The translations under genes were made by a program, and so were the position numbers. This document shows positions 38,629-48,930 of a stretch of 64,000 bases of DNA, piece after piece. Each line of letters starts with the position of its first letter. Position 1 is the first letter of the stretch. The notes under the pieces are model-generated. The model ran no database searches. It was given only the letters and a program-made list of their open reading frames with translations, and was not told where the DNA came from. Source of the stretch: an uncultured Thiomicrospira sp. (GTDB lineage Bacteria > Pseudomonadota > Gammaproteobacteria > CAKMZV01); assembly GCA_965195345.1 (NCBI GenBank), contig OZ239628.1, positions 1,376,001-1,440,000 on the forward strand. The letters run 5' to 3'.

Positions 38629-39246
38629 TTAGGCGTAGTCCTCCATCGACTTCAGCACGCTTTCTATTGAACAGCGGGCACCTGTTTGCAAGTATTCCAT
38701 TGCGCGAAGTGATGCTTCATGTGCTTCTATACTTGAACCTGCCACACAATCCTCAACGACTCGACAAAAATAATCCGACTGATGCCCATCTACAAAAGTA
38801 TAGTGTACGCACACATCCGTTAACGCGCCACACAATATTAAAGTGTTTACTTTTAAACCTTTTAGGAGAATTTCAAAATCTGTGCCGAAAAATGCCGAGT
38901 AACGTCTTTTTTTAACCAGATAATCGGTGGGCAAAAAACCCATCTGTTTTTCAGCAATTTGGGTGCCTTCACAATTATCGAGACAATGTACATCTTCTGC
39001 TCCATCTAACTCACGACCAAAATCAACTAAATTTGAGCGATGAATTTCTTGAATGAAGATGATGGGAATATCATTCTCTCGCGCCGTATCAATAAGCTTT
39101 CGTGACAGTAACATTCGTTCAGCAAAACCCTCCATAGTAGGAATTGCCTCACCTTCTCGACTTTGAAAACTATCCTTTTGAATATCGATAATAATTAATG
39201 CAGGAGTGCCTTCGATTAAATTACGTTTTATTTTCTTTTGAGTCAT
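38629..39246 (-). CDS. Isochorismatase-family cysteine hydrolase
   Basis: ALIIIDIQ, KKRRYSAFFGT, GALTDVCV (Asp-Lys-Cys triad). Confidence 0.9.
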   Translation of the reverse strand: MTQKKIKRNLIEGTPALIIIDIQKDSFQSREGEAIPTMEGFAERMLLSRKLIDTARENDIPIIFIQEIHRSNLVDFGRELDGAEDVHCLDNCEGTQIAEKQMGFLPTDYLVKKRRYSAFFGTDFEILLKGLKVNTLILCGALTDVCVHYTFVDGHQSDYFCRVVEDCVAGSSIEAHEASLRAMEYLQTGARCSIESVLKSMEDYA

Positions 39247-39620
39247 GACATCAAAATATCGTGCGGTTTTACAAAATTAATTAAGTGAACCACATTCCTT
39301 TCTAGTGCACTTTAGCGTATTCTACTTACTGGTAGATAGTGTTGCGTAACTATAGCATCTTACTATCCGTATCGTTATCCGATAGAATTCTCTCAGTATA
39401 TTAGAAAATATATGGTTAAATAATGAATCGACATTTAATCAAATTATTATGTACTATTGTCGAAAATAGGAGATATAATTTTTATCAATGGGTCTCATAG
39501 ATTATTTTCATTTAAAAATGAATTCTTAGATAAAATTATCGACCTGTTCACTTACTCTTAAGGACGTGAATATGAAAATGAGACATTCGTAAAACTTAAT
39601 TTACCGAGAAAATAGCAACT

Positions 39621-40682
39621 ATGGAAAAAAGAGACTTAATTACTAGGCTGGATCAAGACGGTGTTATTTGTGCAGAAGGATTTTTGTTCGAAATGGAACG
39701 AAGAGGCTATATGACTTCTGGCGAATTCGTCCCCGAATTAGCTTTAGAAAATCCTGTAGCTTTGAGCAATTTACATCGCGATTTTCAACACGCAGGATCA
39801 GATGTTGTTGAAGCATTTACCTACAATGGTCACCGTGAAAAAATGCGTGTTATCAAAAAAGAGCATTTGCTTGAGCCTCTTAATAGAAGTGCGCTAAAAA
39901 TTGCACGTGAAGTAGCTAACGATGTAGGAGCAGGCAATGAACCTAACCTGCTCGCTGGTAACATTTCAAATTCTAATCTTTGGGAAGATTCAAACACAGC
40001 GATACAAAAAGAAGTTAGAGGCATGTTTGAAGAAATGGTTGGCTGGGCTAAGGAAGAGGAAGCTGACTTCATCGTTGGAGAGACTTTTTACTATGCTGAG
40101 GAAGCATTTTGTGCGCTTGATGTTATTCAACAAGCCAAATTGCCAGCAGTTATCACTGTTGCTCCAATGGGACAAAATGTAATGCTTGACGGATGGAGTA
40201 TTGTTGACACTTGTAAGGAATTAGAACAACGAGGCGCCACTGTTGTTGGTATGAATTGTTTTCGTGGACCTAATACGATGATGCCTTATGTTAGAGAAAT
40301 TCGCAAAGCTGTTCAGTGCCATGTTGCTGCTCTTCCTATTCCATACCGCACCACTGACAATGAACCTACATTTTTCAACTTGAGCGATGATCAGTCATGT
40401 ACTTGCCCTGCGCCTCACGGAAGAACTTTCCCCACAGCACTTGATCCAATGTATATGAATAGGTATGAGGTCAAAAATTTTGCTCAAGAAGCATGGGATT
40501 TGCATATACGTTATCTTGGCGTGTGCTGTGGCGCATCACCAATGCATATTCGTGAACTCGCAAAAGTTATGGGCAAAAACCCTCCAGCAATGCGCTACTA
40601 CGAAAACATGGAGAATCATTTCATGTACGGATCATCAGAGCGTTTAGCGAAGCACATGCAAGAGTATGGTAAATTAGCTTAA
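39621..40682 (+). CDS. Betaine-homocysteine S-methyltransferase-like (homocysteine-binding family)
   Basis: ICAEGFLFEMERRGY..GEFVPE, AGSDVVEAFTY; Zn ligands GMNC and GVCCG. Confidence 0.85.
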   Translation: MEKRDLITRLDQDGVICAEGFLFEMERRGYMTSGEFVPELALENPVALSNLHRDFQHAGSDVVEAFTYNGHREKMRVIKKEHLLEPLNRSALKIAREVANDVGAGNEPNLLAGNISNSNLWEDSNTAIQKEVRGMFEEMVGWAKEEEADFIVGETFYYAEEAFCALDVIQQAKLPAVITVAPMGQNVMLDGWSIVDTCKELEQRGATVVGMNCFRGPNTMMPYVREIRKAVQCHVAALPIPYRTTDNEPTFFNLSDDQSCTCPAPHGRTFPTALDPMYMNRYEVKNFAQEAWDLHIRYLGVCCGASPMHIRELAKVMGKNPPAMRYYENMENHFMYGSSERLAKHMQEYGKLA

Positions 40683-40707
40683 GTCTAATCCATGAATCTC
40701 AAATAAA

Positions 40708-40748
40708 TTCCGAAGCACTTCGTACTTTCAGTATGATAGGCTTCGGAA
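40708..40748 (+). terminator. Hairpin downstream of the BHMT-like gene
   Basis: TTCCGAAGC...GCTTCGGAA perfect 9-bp outer stem. Confidence 0.4.
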
Positions 40749-40909
40749 CATCAGAATACTAACTTATCAATAAATATAACCAAAGCGCTTGGGATATATT
40801 TCCTATCTTAAATACCCATCGCATTTCATTTCGCACAGTTATAATCTACTGTATGGTTAACTCACAATGACTTTTGCCAAAAAAACAAAGTCATGCTCTT
40901 CGCTACTTA

Positions 40910-42034
40910 ATGCATATTGAAAGAATCGAAGCTTATAAACTTAAACTGCCCTATTCCAAAGGCGTATATCGCCTATCAAATGGTAGAGAGTACCGCGCTT
41001 TTGATTCGACGATCGTCCATATTATTTGCAACAATGGTCTTGACGGTTGGGGTGAAAGCACTCCTTTTGGCAGCAACTACATCGCAGCACACGGAAAAGG
41101 AGTTGACGCAGCCCTTGAAGAACTTGCTCCAATATTGCTTGGGCTAGACCCTATCCAGACAGAGCGTATCAATGATGCATTAGACGCGCAGTTATTAGGT
41201 CATAACTCTGCAAAGGCTCCGCTTGATGTTGCTTGCTGGGATATTTTTGGCAAAGCAGTTGGTCGTCCCGTATGCGATCTGCTTGGAGGGCGTATCAATC
41301 ACCCTGTACCACTAATCTCTTCTATTGGCAGCGACACCCCAGAGGCAATGAGGAAGAACATTCAGGAACATCGTGAACAAGGTTTTATGGGTCATTCTGT
41401 TAAGATTGGAGCTGGTGAAACGGAAGGCGGTCCAAAATTGGATGCTGAACGTATTCAATCGGCTCTTGCAGATCGAAAACCTGAAGAATGGTTCTTAGCC
41501 GATGCCAATGGTAGTTTAACGCCTGAACAGGCATTACGCATGTTGGCATTGCTTCCTCGAGAGTCCAACTTTGTCCTTGAAGCACCTTGCGCAAGTTGGC
41601 GAGAAACTCTATCCCTACGCCAACGTTGCAGCGTCCCTATTATGCTCGATGAGTTAATTATTGAGAGCGCTGACATCATTCATGCTATTCAAACGGATGC
41701 GTGTGATGGTATTGGCATAAAAATTACTAAACAAGGAGGATTAACACGATCACGTGTTCAACGTGACCTATGCATTAGTGCTGGTTTAGTCACTTCGATA
41801 CAAGATACCACAGGTTCAGAAATTGCTTATGCTGCTGTGCTTCATTTAGCACAATCCACACCTCGTAATATATTGCGTTGCGCCCTTGATACTCGATCAA
41901 TGACGAGTTTAAGTACCGCTCATTTTGATGCACCCATAAAAAATGGTGCTGCTCACGCTCCCAATCTTCCCGGTCTTGGAATTCACCCAAACCTTGAAGT
42001 TCTTACTAATCCTCAACGCATCTGGACATTATGA
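40910..42034 (+). CDS. Enolase-superfamily (MR/MLE) racemase/epimerase, HpbD-like (likely start ATG 40910)
   Basis: GWGESTPFG, HSVKIG, metal ligands DAN/EAP/DE, IKITKQGG, PGLG; overlaps stcD. Confidence 0.75.
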   Translation: MHIERIEAYKLKLPYSKGVYRLSNGREYRAFDSTIVHIICNNGLDGWGESTPFGSNYIAAHGKGVDAALEELAPILLGLDPIQTERINDALDAQLLGHNSAKAPLDVACWDIFGKAVGRPVCDLLGGRINHPVPLISSIGSDTPEAMRKNIQEHREQGFMGHSVKIGAGETEGGPKLDAERIQSALADRKPEEWFLADANGSLTPEQALRMLALLPRESNFVLEAPCASWRETLSLRQRCSVPIMLDELIIESADIIHAIQTDACDGIGIKITKQGGLTRSRVQRDLCISAGLVTSIQDTTGSEIAYAAVLHLAQSTPRNILRCALDTRSMTSLSTAHFDAPIKNGAAHAPNLPGLGIHPNLEVLTNPQRIWTL

Positions 42035-44067
42035 ATAACGATCCTCTAATGCAACCTTTTGCAATCAAGCATCTTCATCTAAAAAACCGTATTATTATTA
42101 CTTCTCATGAACCCGCATATCCAGAAGACGGTCTGCCGAAAGCGCGCTATAGAGCCTATCATGCTGAACGAGCAAAGGGCGGTGTTGCAATGACCATGAC
42201 GGCAGGTTCGGCAGTTGTTTCGCAAGATAGTCCCCCTTCTTTTAACAATTTGCTCGCCTATAAAGATGAAATTGTCCCGTGGATTAAAGAACTCGTCGAT
42301 TCCTGTCATGAGTACGATTGCAAAGTCATGATGCAAATCACCCATCTTGGGCGTCGAACCTTTTGGAATACTGGCGATTGGTTACCTACAGTGTCACCCA
42401 CACACGAAAGAGAAATTGCGCACAAAGCAATCCCAAAATTAATTGAAGACTGGGACATAGAGCGCATTGTAAAAGATTATGCAGATGCCGCAGAACGCCT
42501 AAAGAATGGTGGGATTGACGGTATAGAACTGGAGGCATATGGGCATTTACTTGATTCTTTCTGGTCACCATCCACTAATAAATTATCCTCTCCTTATAAC
42601 GGTTCTTTAGAAGAGAGAATGCGTGTTCCGATGGATATTTTAAAAGCCATTCGTGAACGTATTGGTAATGATTTCATAGTAGGTGTCCGTTGTGTTTTAG
42701 ATGAGATGAAGGAAGGAGGTATTACACCAGAGGATGGAATTCAAATCGCCCAATCATTGAAAGATTCTGGATTGGTCGATTTTTTCAATATCATTCGCGG
42801 GCGCATTGATTCCGACCCAGAGTTATCAAAAGTTATTCCCTTGCAAGGCATGCCTTCCGCACCGCATCTTGATTTTGCAGGAGAAATTCGAAAAATAACA
42901 AAACTTCCAACTTTTCACGCTGCAAAAATTCAAGACGTTGCAACCGCACGCCATGCTATTTCAAGCGGCAAACTTGACATGGTTGGTATGACAAGAGCAC
43001 ACATTGCTGATCCACATATTGTGCAAAAAATAATGCAAAATCGTGAAGAAAACATTCGCCCTTGCGTGGGAGCGACGTACTGCCTTGATCGTATTTACCA
43101 AGGAGGCGAAGCACTGTGTATTCACAACGCTGCAACTGGGCGTGAACTACAAATGCCTCACGTGGTCAAACGGGCACGAAAATGCAAAAAAATTATAATT
43201 GTTGGCGCAGGCGCTGCTGGTTTAGAGGCTGCCCGAGTAGCCGCAGAACGTGGACATGAAGTGGTGGTTTACGAAGCCGCCCCTGATGCAGGTGGGCAAA
43301 TACGTCTAATAGCTAAAAATACACGCCGTTCAGAGATGGCTTCCATTATTGATTGGCGGCTAGCGCAATGCGCAAAACACGATGTCACTTTTCACTACAA
43401 TACTTGGATTGATGGTCCTGAACTCCATGATGAAAGCGGCGATATTATTATCGTTGCTACTGGTGGCTTCCCTAATACCGATCTTCTTAAGCAAGGAAAT
43501 GAATACGTTCATTCAACTTGGGATATTATCAGTGGAGATATCAAACCAGGGCGCAATGTATTAATCTTTGATGATGCAGGAGACAATGCAGCATTGCAAG
43601 CGGCAGAAGTGATAGCCAAAAGTGGAGCTAAACTTGAAATTTTGACTCCAGATCGTACCTTTGCATCAGAAATTATGGGGATAAATTTAGTGCCGTACAT
43701 ACAAGCATTACAATGGGAAAATGTGACTTTTAACTTAACATACAGATTACTTGAAGTTAGTAGAGATGGATCTCAACTTACCGCAACAATCGGTAGTGAT
43801 TATACAAAAAAGACACATAATAGCTCTTTCGATCAAGTCATCATCAATCACGGAACTTTGCCATTAGATGACTTATATTTCCAACTCAAAGGAGAATCCA
43901 CCAACCTTGGTGCAGTCAATTACGCTGATTTAATTGCTGGGAAATCTCAAAATATGATGAAAAATCCAAACGGAAAGTTTCAGTTATTTCGAATTGGCGA
44001 CGCAGTATCTTCACGCAATATTCATGCTGCAATTTATGACGCATTGCGTTTAGTCAAAGACCTATAG
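42031..44067 (+). CDS. stcD: N-methylproline demethylase-like flavoprotein (OYE family, StcD/HpbA)
   Basis: NDPLMQP..KHL.LKNRI..TSHEPAYPEDG, MTMTAGS..S.DSPP.FNN, CVGATYCLDRIY, FRIGDAVSSRNIHAAIYDALRL. Confidence 0.8.
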   Translation: MNNDPLMQPFAIKHLHLKNRIIITSHEPAYPEDGLPKARYRAYHAERAKGGVAMTMTAGSAVVSQDSPPSFNNLLAYKDEIVPWIKELVDSCHEYDCKVMMQITHLGRRTFWNTGDWLPTVSPTHEREIAHKAIPKLIEDWDIERIVKDYADAAERLKNGGIDGIELEAYGHLLDSFWSPSTNKLSSPYNGSLEERMRVPMDILKAIRERIGNDFIVGVRCVLDEMKEGGITPEDGIQIAQSLKDSGLVDFFNIIRGRIDSDPELSKVIPLQGMPSAPHLDFAGEIRKITKLPTFHAAKIQDVATARHAISSGKLDMVGMTRAHIADPHIVQKIMQNREENIRPCVGATYCLDRIYQGGEALCIHNAATGRELQMPHVVKRARKCKKIIIVGAGAAGLEAARVAAERGHEVVVYEAAPDAGGQIRLIAKNTRRSEMASIIDWRLAQCAKHDVTFHYNTWIDGPELHDESGDIIIVATGGFPNTDLLKQGNEYVHSTWDIISGDIKPGRNVLIFDDAGDNAALQAAEVIAKSGAKLEILTPDRTFASEIMGINLVPYIQALQWENVTFNLTYRLLEVSRDGSQLTATIGSDYTKKTHNSSFDQVIINHGTLPLDDLYFQLKGESTNLGAVNYADLIAGKSQNMMKNPNGKFQLFRIGDAVSSRNIHAAIYDALRLVKDL

Positions 44068-44112
44068 CATTTATTTGAAATTCTTAAGAACCTTGCTTGT
44101 AAAAATCAGTAA

Positions 44113-45519
44113 TCAGTGAATTCCTGAACTTTTAATCACAATCATCTTTTGTTGCCACATGTCTTCCATCGTATACGGAATACCACCAACTGCATGCCCT
44201 GAATGTTTATACCCTGCAAAAGGCATCCAATCGACTCTAAATGCCGTATGATCGTTAATCATAACCGCTGACCCATCCAACTTATTGGCAGTGTCCATTG
44301 CAACGTCAATGTCCTTTGAAAAAACAGACGCTTGAAATGAAACATCAAGCTCATTGGCACGTGCAATAGCTTCCTCACGATCACGGTAACTAAATACTCC
44401 AACCACTGGACCAAATACTTCAGAAGTCGCAATTTTACTACTTGCTGGCGCATTGTATATAACGGTTGGTGCATAACTGGTATCTCCGAGCCGCTTTCCA
44501 CCACACAAAACATTTCCACCAGCCTGTTTTGTTTCGTTAACCCATTCTTCAACACGATTGACTTCCGATGGTTCTATCAGTGGTCCTACTTCAGTGTCTG
44601 GAAGAACTGCATCACCTACTTTTAGACCTTGTGCATATGCACTTAGTTTTTCAGAAAAAGTCTCAGCAATAGATTCATCGACAAAAATACGCTGAACCGA
44701 AACACAAACTTGACCAGCGTGATAAAACGCGCCTTTTCCAAGTACAGGGATTATTTCATCAATATCAACATTTTTATCAACAATAACTGGAGCAACTCCT
44801 CCATGTTCAAGCGCACAACGTGTACCGGGTGCAAGTTTTGACCGCAACATCCAGCCAATACGAGCTGATCCTATAAATGTAAAAAAAGCTGTACGCGCAT
44901 CCGTTACTAACTTTTCTGTCACATTAGAACGCGATAAACATACTTGCAACCAACCTTCCTCAAGTCCTGCTCTTTTAGCATATTCGGCAATTTTTAAACA
45001 ACTATATGGCACTGAAGTTGCAGGCTTTACTATCACTGGGCAACCCGTTGCTATTGCTGGTATTACTTGATGAACAATGAGGTTTAATGGGTGATTAAAT
45101 GCGCTAACAGCAACAACAACACCGATAGGTTCGTGATGCGTAAAGGCCAATCTATTTGTACTCGAAGGCGTAATCCCCATAGGAATAGTAGAGCCGGATT
45201 CGGTTGCCAAAGTACGAATCGCTATTTTTATACCATCGATAGCGCGATCGGTTTCAACCAATGCATCAACGAGTGGCTTACCACCTTCGTTTGCTATGGT
45301 CATTGCCAATTGCTCTCTATCATGTTGCATAAAAACAACCATTTTCTCAAGTATTTCTATACGTTTGTAAGCAGGAAGCCAGCTACTGCGATTACGGTAA
45401 AGAGAATGTGCTCTCTCAAGCATTGCTTCCGCTTGCTCTGGAGTATTTAAAGTTATCTCGCCCAGTGGTTCACGGGTATAAGCCTGAAAAACAGTTTCTG
45501 TAGTCACAAGTCGCCTCAA
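44113..45519 (-). CDS. Aldehyde dehydrogenase (ALDH21/RL0313-like)
   Basis: SAFNHPLNL, FIGSARIGW, LEHGGVAP, AGQVCVS, EVFGP, FRVDWMPFAG. Confidence 0.88.
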   Translation of the reverse strand: MRRLVTTETVFQAYTREPLGEITLNTPEQAEAMLERAHSLYRNRSSWLPAYKRIEILEKMVVFMQHDREQLAMTIANEGGKPLVDALVETDRAIDGIKIAIRTLATESGSTIPMGITPSSTNRLAFTHHEPIGVVVAVSAFNHPLNLIVHQVIPAIATGCPVIVKPATSVPYSCLKIAEYAKRAGLEEGWLQVCLSRSNVTEKLVTDARTAFFTFIGSARIGWMLRSKLAPGTRCALEHGGVAPVIVDKNVDIDEIIPVLGKGAFYHAGQVCVSVQRIFVDESIAETFSEKLSAYAQGLKVGDAVLPDTEVGPLIEPSEVNRVEEWVNETKQAGGNVLCGGKRLGDTSYAPTVIYNAPASSKIATSEVFGPVVGVFSYRDREEAIARANELDVSFQASVFSKDIDVAMDTANKLDGSAVMINDHTAFRVDWMPFAGYKHSGHAVGGIPYTMEDMWQQKMIVIKSSGIH

Positions 45520-47138
45520 ATTTTAGAATTTTCAGAATAATCAATTGGCGCTTCAATCAAATGAACGCCCCCTTCTGTGTAGCAGTTTTTTATTAAATCT
45601 ACAAAACTTTCTGTAGACTCTACACGATGTCCTTTTGCACCATACGATTCTGCGTATTTGACAAAATCAGGGTTACCAAATTCAAGCCCCCAATCTTCAA
45701 ATCCAGAATGTCCTTGTTTCCAACGAATCATCCCGTAAGAATCATCTCGCAGAACCAAAACCACTATGTTCAATTTCAATCGTACTGCTGTTTCCATCTC
45801 TTGAGAGTTCATCATAAACCCGCCATCTCCACATACAGCCATAACATTTCTATCTGGATGCAACACTGCTGCCATCATTGCTGAGGGTAAACCAGCGCCC
45901 ATCGTAGCGAGTGCATTATCCAGTAACACTGTATTAGGCATTTCAGTGGGGAAATTGCGTGCAAACCATATTTTATAAACACCATTATCCAATGCCAAAA
46001 TAGCATCTTTAGGCAACGCCTTACGTACATCCGATACTAACCTTTGCGGTACCATTGGGTAACGATCGTCGGCATCATCGGCGTGAATTTCTTTAGAAAT
46101 CTCCTCCCTAATAGCATAAAAAGATTCCAAATCAAAGTTATTTTTTCTTTCGACCAGTTGTTCACACAGGCGATTCATTGTTTTACCAATACTTCCTATT
46201 AACTCAATTTGGGGGAAGTAAACTTCGTCTATCTCAGCTGAATTGTAATTAACATGGATAACGTCTGTGCCTCCATCATGCATGAAAAATGGTGGCTTTT
46301 CAACGACATCATGCCCTACATTGATAATCAAATCAGCTTTTTTCACTGCTTTATGAACATAGTCGTTATCGGATAAAGCGGCAGTCCCAATAAAGCCTTT
46401 AATCGAATGACTAACTACTCCTTTGCCCATTTGTGTATTAATAAATGGAATACCCGTTTTTTTCACAAAATCGGTTAAAGAGTCATAGAGCCAGTTGCGA
46501 TTACATCCAGCACCAATAACCATCAGTGGATTCTTCGCTTTTAGTATTCTTTCAACTGCCACTCCAATCGTAGCATGACTTGGCGATGGCACTCCTGATT
46601 GGCTTTTATTGAACAAGAACCAATCATCAGTGTATTCGGCAGCAATGTCTTCAGGCAACTCTAAATGCACCGCTCCAGGTCTTTCTTCTTCTGCCAAGCG
46701 AAACGCTTCGCGTACAACGGCAGGGATGGTGTGTGCATTGACAATTTGCTTGGTATATTTTGTGATGGGTTCCATCATTCGAACAATATCAACAATTTGA
46801 AATCGCCCTTGTTTGCTTTTCTTAATTGGTTTTTGACCAGTAATCATCAACAATGGCATAGCTCCTAATTGAGCATATGCAGCACAAGTTACAAAGTTAG
46901 TAGCACCAGGTCCAAGCGTTGCCATACATACTCCTGTGCGACCTGTCAGACGACCATGGGTAGCTGCCATAAAACCTGCTCCCTGCTCATGCCGAGTTAG
47001 AATAAGCTTTATAGTTGAAGTTCGTAACGATTCAAGCATATCTAAATTTTCCTCGCCAGGAACTGCAAAAATATAATCTACGCCTTCATTTTCTAAAGCT
47101 CTTACAATTAAATCTGAAGCTTTTATTTTGTCTGTCAT
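45516..47138 (-). CDS. ThDP-dependent acetolactate-synthase-like enzyme
   Basis: PGEENLD, TRHEQGAGFMA, TLGPGATN, LATMG, GDGGFMMN; no small subunit adjacent. Confidence 0.88.
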   Translation of the reverse strand: MTDKIKASDLIVRALENEGVDYIFAVPGEENLDMLESLRTSTIKLILTRHEQGAGFMAATHGRLTGRTGVCMATLGPGATNFVTCAAYAQLGAMPLLMITGQKPIKKSKQGRFQIVDIVRMMEPITKYTKQIVNAHTIPAVVREAFRLAEEERPGAVHLELPEDIAAEYTDDWFLFNKSQSGVPSPSHATIGVAVERILKAKNPLMVIGAGCNRNWLYDSLTDFVKKTGIPFINTQMGKGVVSHSIKGFIGTAALSDNDYVHKAVKKADLIINVGHDVVEKPPFFMHDGGTDVIHVNYNSAEIDEVYFPQIELIGSIGKTMNRLCEQLVERKNNFDLESFYAIREEISKEIHADDADDRYPMVPQRLVSDVRKALPKDAILALDNGVYKIWFARNFPTEMPNTVLLDNALATMGAGLPSAMMAAVLHPDRNVMAVCGDGGFMMNSQEMETAVRLKLNIVVLVLRDDSYGMIRWKQGHSGFEDWGLEFGNPDFVKYAESYGAKGHRVESTESFVDLIKNCYTEGGVHLIEAPIDYSENSKI

Positions 47139-47230
47139 GGGAATCTCTCTCTTTTAAAAATTATTTATGTGGTGCCTTTCAATACTACACTTAGTAGGCA
47201 TAGTTTAATTCTATCATCTTTGCAACTTTA

Positions 47231-48016
47231 CTAACTGTGTGAGGCTGCAGGGAAACATCTAAAAAAATTAGTTCTTGTTATTTGCGCCATATCCTTTAAA
47301 TTCATACGATGTAAATCAGCCAAACACTCTGCAGTGTAGGAAACATATCCTGGTTGATTGGGTTTACCTCTATGAGGAACGGGAGACAGATAGGGAGCAT
47401 CTGTTTCAATCAGTAAGCGCTCAAGCGGAATTTTTTTAGCAACTTCGCGTAATGTATCTAATTTTTTAAAAGTAAGCTTGCCAGAGAACGAAATATAAAA
47501 GCCAATATCGAGTGCTCGTTTTGCGCATTCCATATCTCCTTCAAAACAGTGCATTACACCACCACAATCACGTGCACCTTCTCGCTCAAGAATATCCATC
47601 ACTTGTTTTTCCGCTTCTCTACAATGAATGATGACAGGTAAGTCACTCTGTTTTGCCGCCTCAATTTGAGGCAAGAAATTAGCGTACTGCCAAGCATATG
47701 CTTCTTCCTCTTTGAAGTGAAAAAAATCAAGCCCTGTTTCACCAATGGCAACTACCTTTGGTTTTTTAGACCAATAAAGTAGGCTTTCAACAGTAGGAGA
47801 ACGGGCTTCTTTATAGCAAGGATGAACACCAACTGATGCCCATACATTTTTGAATTTATTTGCGGTTTCTATAACTTCCTGTGCGCTCTCAAGCGCAACG
47901 CAAACATTAAGCATGCCGTCTACTTTATATTTCTCATAAGCGTTTTTAACAACGTCTTCAATATCGAACTCCTTGGTTTCAAGCATATTGAGGTGGCAAT
48001 GCGAATCTATAAGCAA
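47231..48016 (-). CDS. TatD-family DNase (YcfH-like)
   Basis: DSHCH, IGETGLD, IIHCRE, GVMHCF, ETDAPYL. Confidence 0.93.
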   Translation of the reverse strand: MLIDSHCHLNMLETKEFDIEDVVKNAYEKYKVDGMLNVCVALESAQEVIETANKFKNVWASVGVHPCYKEARSPTVESLLYWSKKPKVVAIGETGLDFFHFKEEEAYAWQYANFLPQIEAAKQSDLPVIIHCREAEKQVMDILEREGARDCGGVMHCFEGDMECAKRALDIGFYISFSGKLTFKKLDTLREVAKKIPLERLLIETDAPYLSPVPHRGKPNQPGYVSYTAECLADLHRMNLKDMAQITRTNFFRCFPAASHS

Positions 48017-48930
48017 GTTGCTTCTTCCTTCAATGCATCAAGTAAACTCTCCAATTGCAATGTTTGGTTCAATGGCAAATGCCACTCATTTATCGCGACT
48101 TGTATTTGTTGATACAACTTATGTTGTCTTACATTTCCAGGCTTAGTTAATAAAATCTTTCTTTGCATTATTTGAGCAAACCAGTGCAAACTCGACTCTC
48201 CCATGTCGTTCCATAATGCTGCAGTTTCACCAACTCCTGCTTTACCAGCCATCAATAGTTTCAATGAGTTGTGCCACTCCTTCCATTTTTCATCTAAAGA
48301 ATCGGCAAGGATTTCTTTAGCGATGAGAGGAGCGTTCTCTGCCATAAATAAAGCATGTTCAACCCTCTTCTCGTCGTATCCTTGTTCAAGTAACCACTGC
48401 TTGCTAACGCTATGCTCCGGCAAAGCAATCAAAAGTCGCCGTGCTCTACTCGCAACGGTTGCTGGCAATCGTGATTCGTTGGCAATGAGTAAGACAAGCA
48501 CTGTATCTTCTGGAGGCTCTTCAAGCGTTTTTAACAAAGCATTTGCTGAACTTGAATTCATTTTATCAGCATCCTCTATTAAAACCACTCTCCACCCGCC
48601 TTGATGCGGTTTCAACTCCAATTGCTGAATTAAAGAACGTATTTGAGAAATTTTAATATTCTGAGCGCTTTCTTCTAACTTTATATGAATAAAATCTGGA
48701 TGCGTCCCCTCTTTAAGCAGTAAACAACCACGGCAACTTCCACATCCGATTTGTCCATTTTGACACAACAAAAATCGACTCAAAGTGAGTGGGAGCTGCA
48801 ATTTTCCACTGCCATGCGGACCAACAATCATCCACGCATGGGCTCCTCTATGATTTCCCCACGCACTCCAAATAATTTGCCAATACGGTTCAAGCCAAGC
48901 ATATAACTTCATTAAATACTCATGTGACAA
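48007..48930 (-). CDS. holB: DNA polymerase III delta-prime subunit
   Basis: CGSCRGC, HPDF, ANALLKTLEEP, LPATVASR. Confidence 0.93.
   Translation of the reverse strand: MSHEYLMKLYAWLEPYWQIIWSAWGNHRGAHAWMIVGPHGSGKLQLPLTLSRFLLCQNGQIGCGSCRGCLLLKEGTHPDFIHIKLEESAQNIKISQIRSLIQQLELKPHQGGWRVVLIEDADKMNSSSANALLKTLEEPPEDTVLVLLIANESRLPATVASRARRLLIALPEHSVSKQWLLEQGYDEKRVEHALFMAENAPLIAKEILADSLDEKWKEWHNSLKLLMAGKAGVGETAALWNDMGESSLHWFAQIMQRKILLTKPGNVRQHKLYQQIQVAINEWHLPLNQTLQLESLLDALKEEATCL

Noticed and set aside
39247-39620. SAM riboswitch upstream of the BHMT-like gene
   Set aside because: No SAM-I, SAM-II or SAM-V consensus was recognisable in this AT-rich leader.
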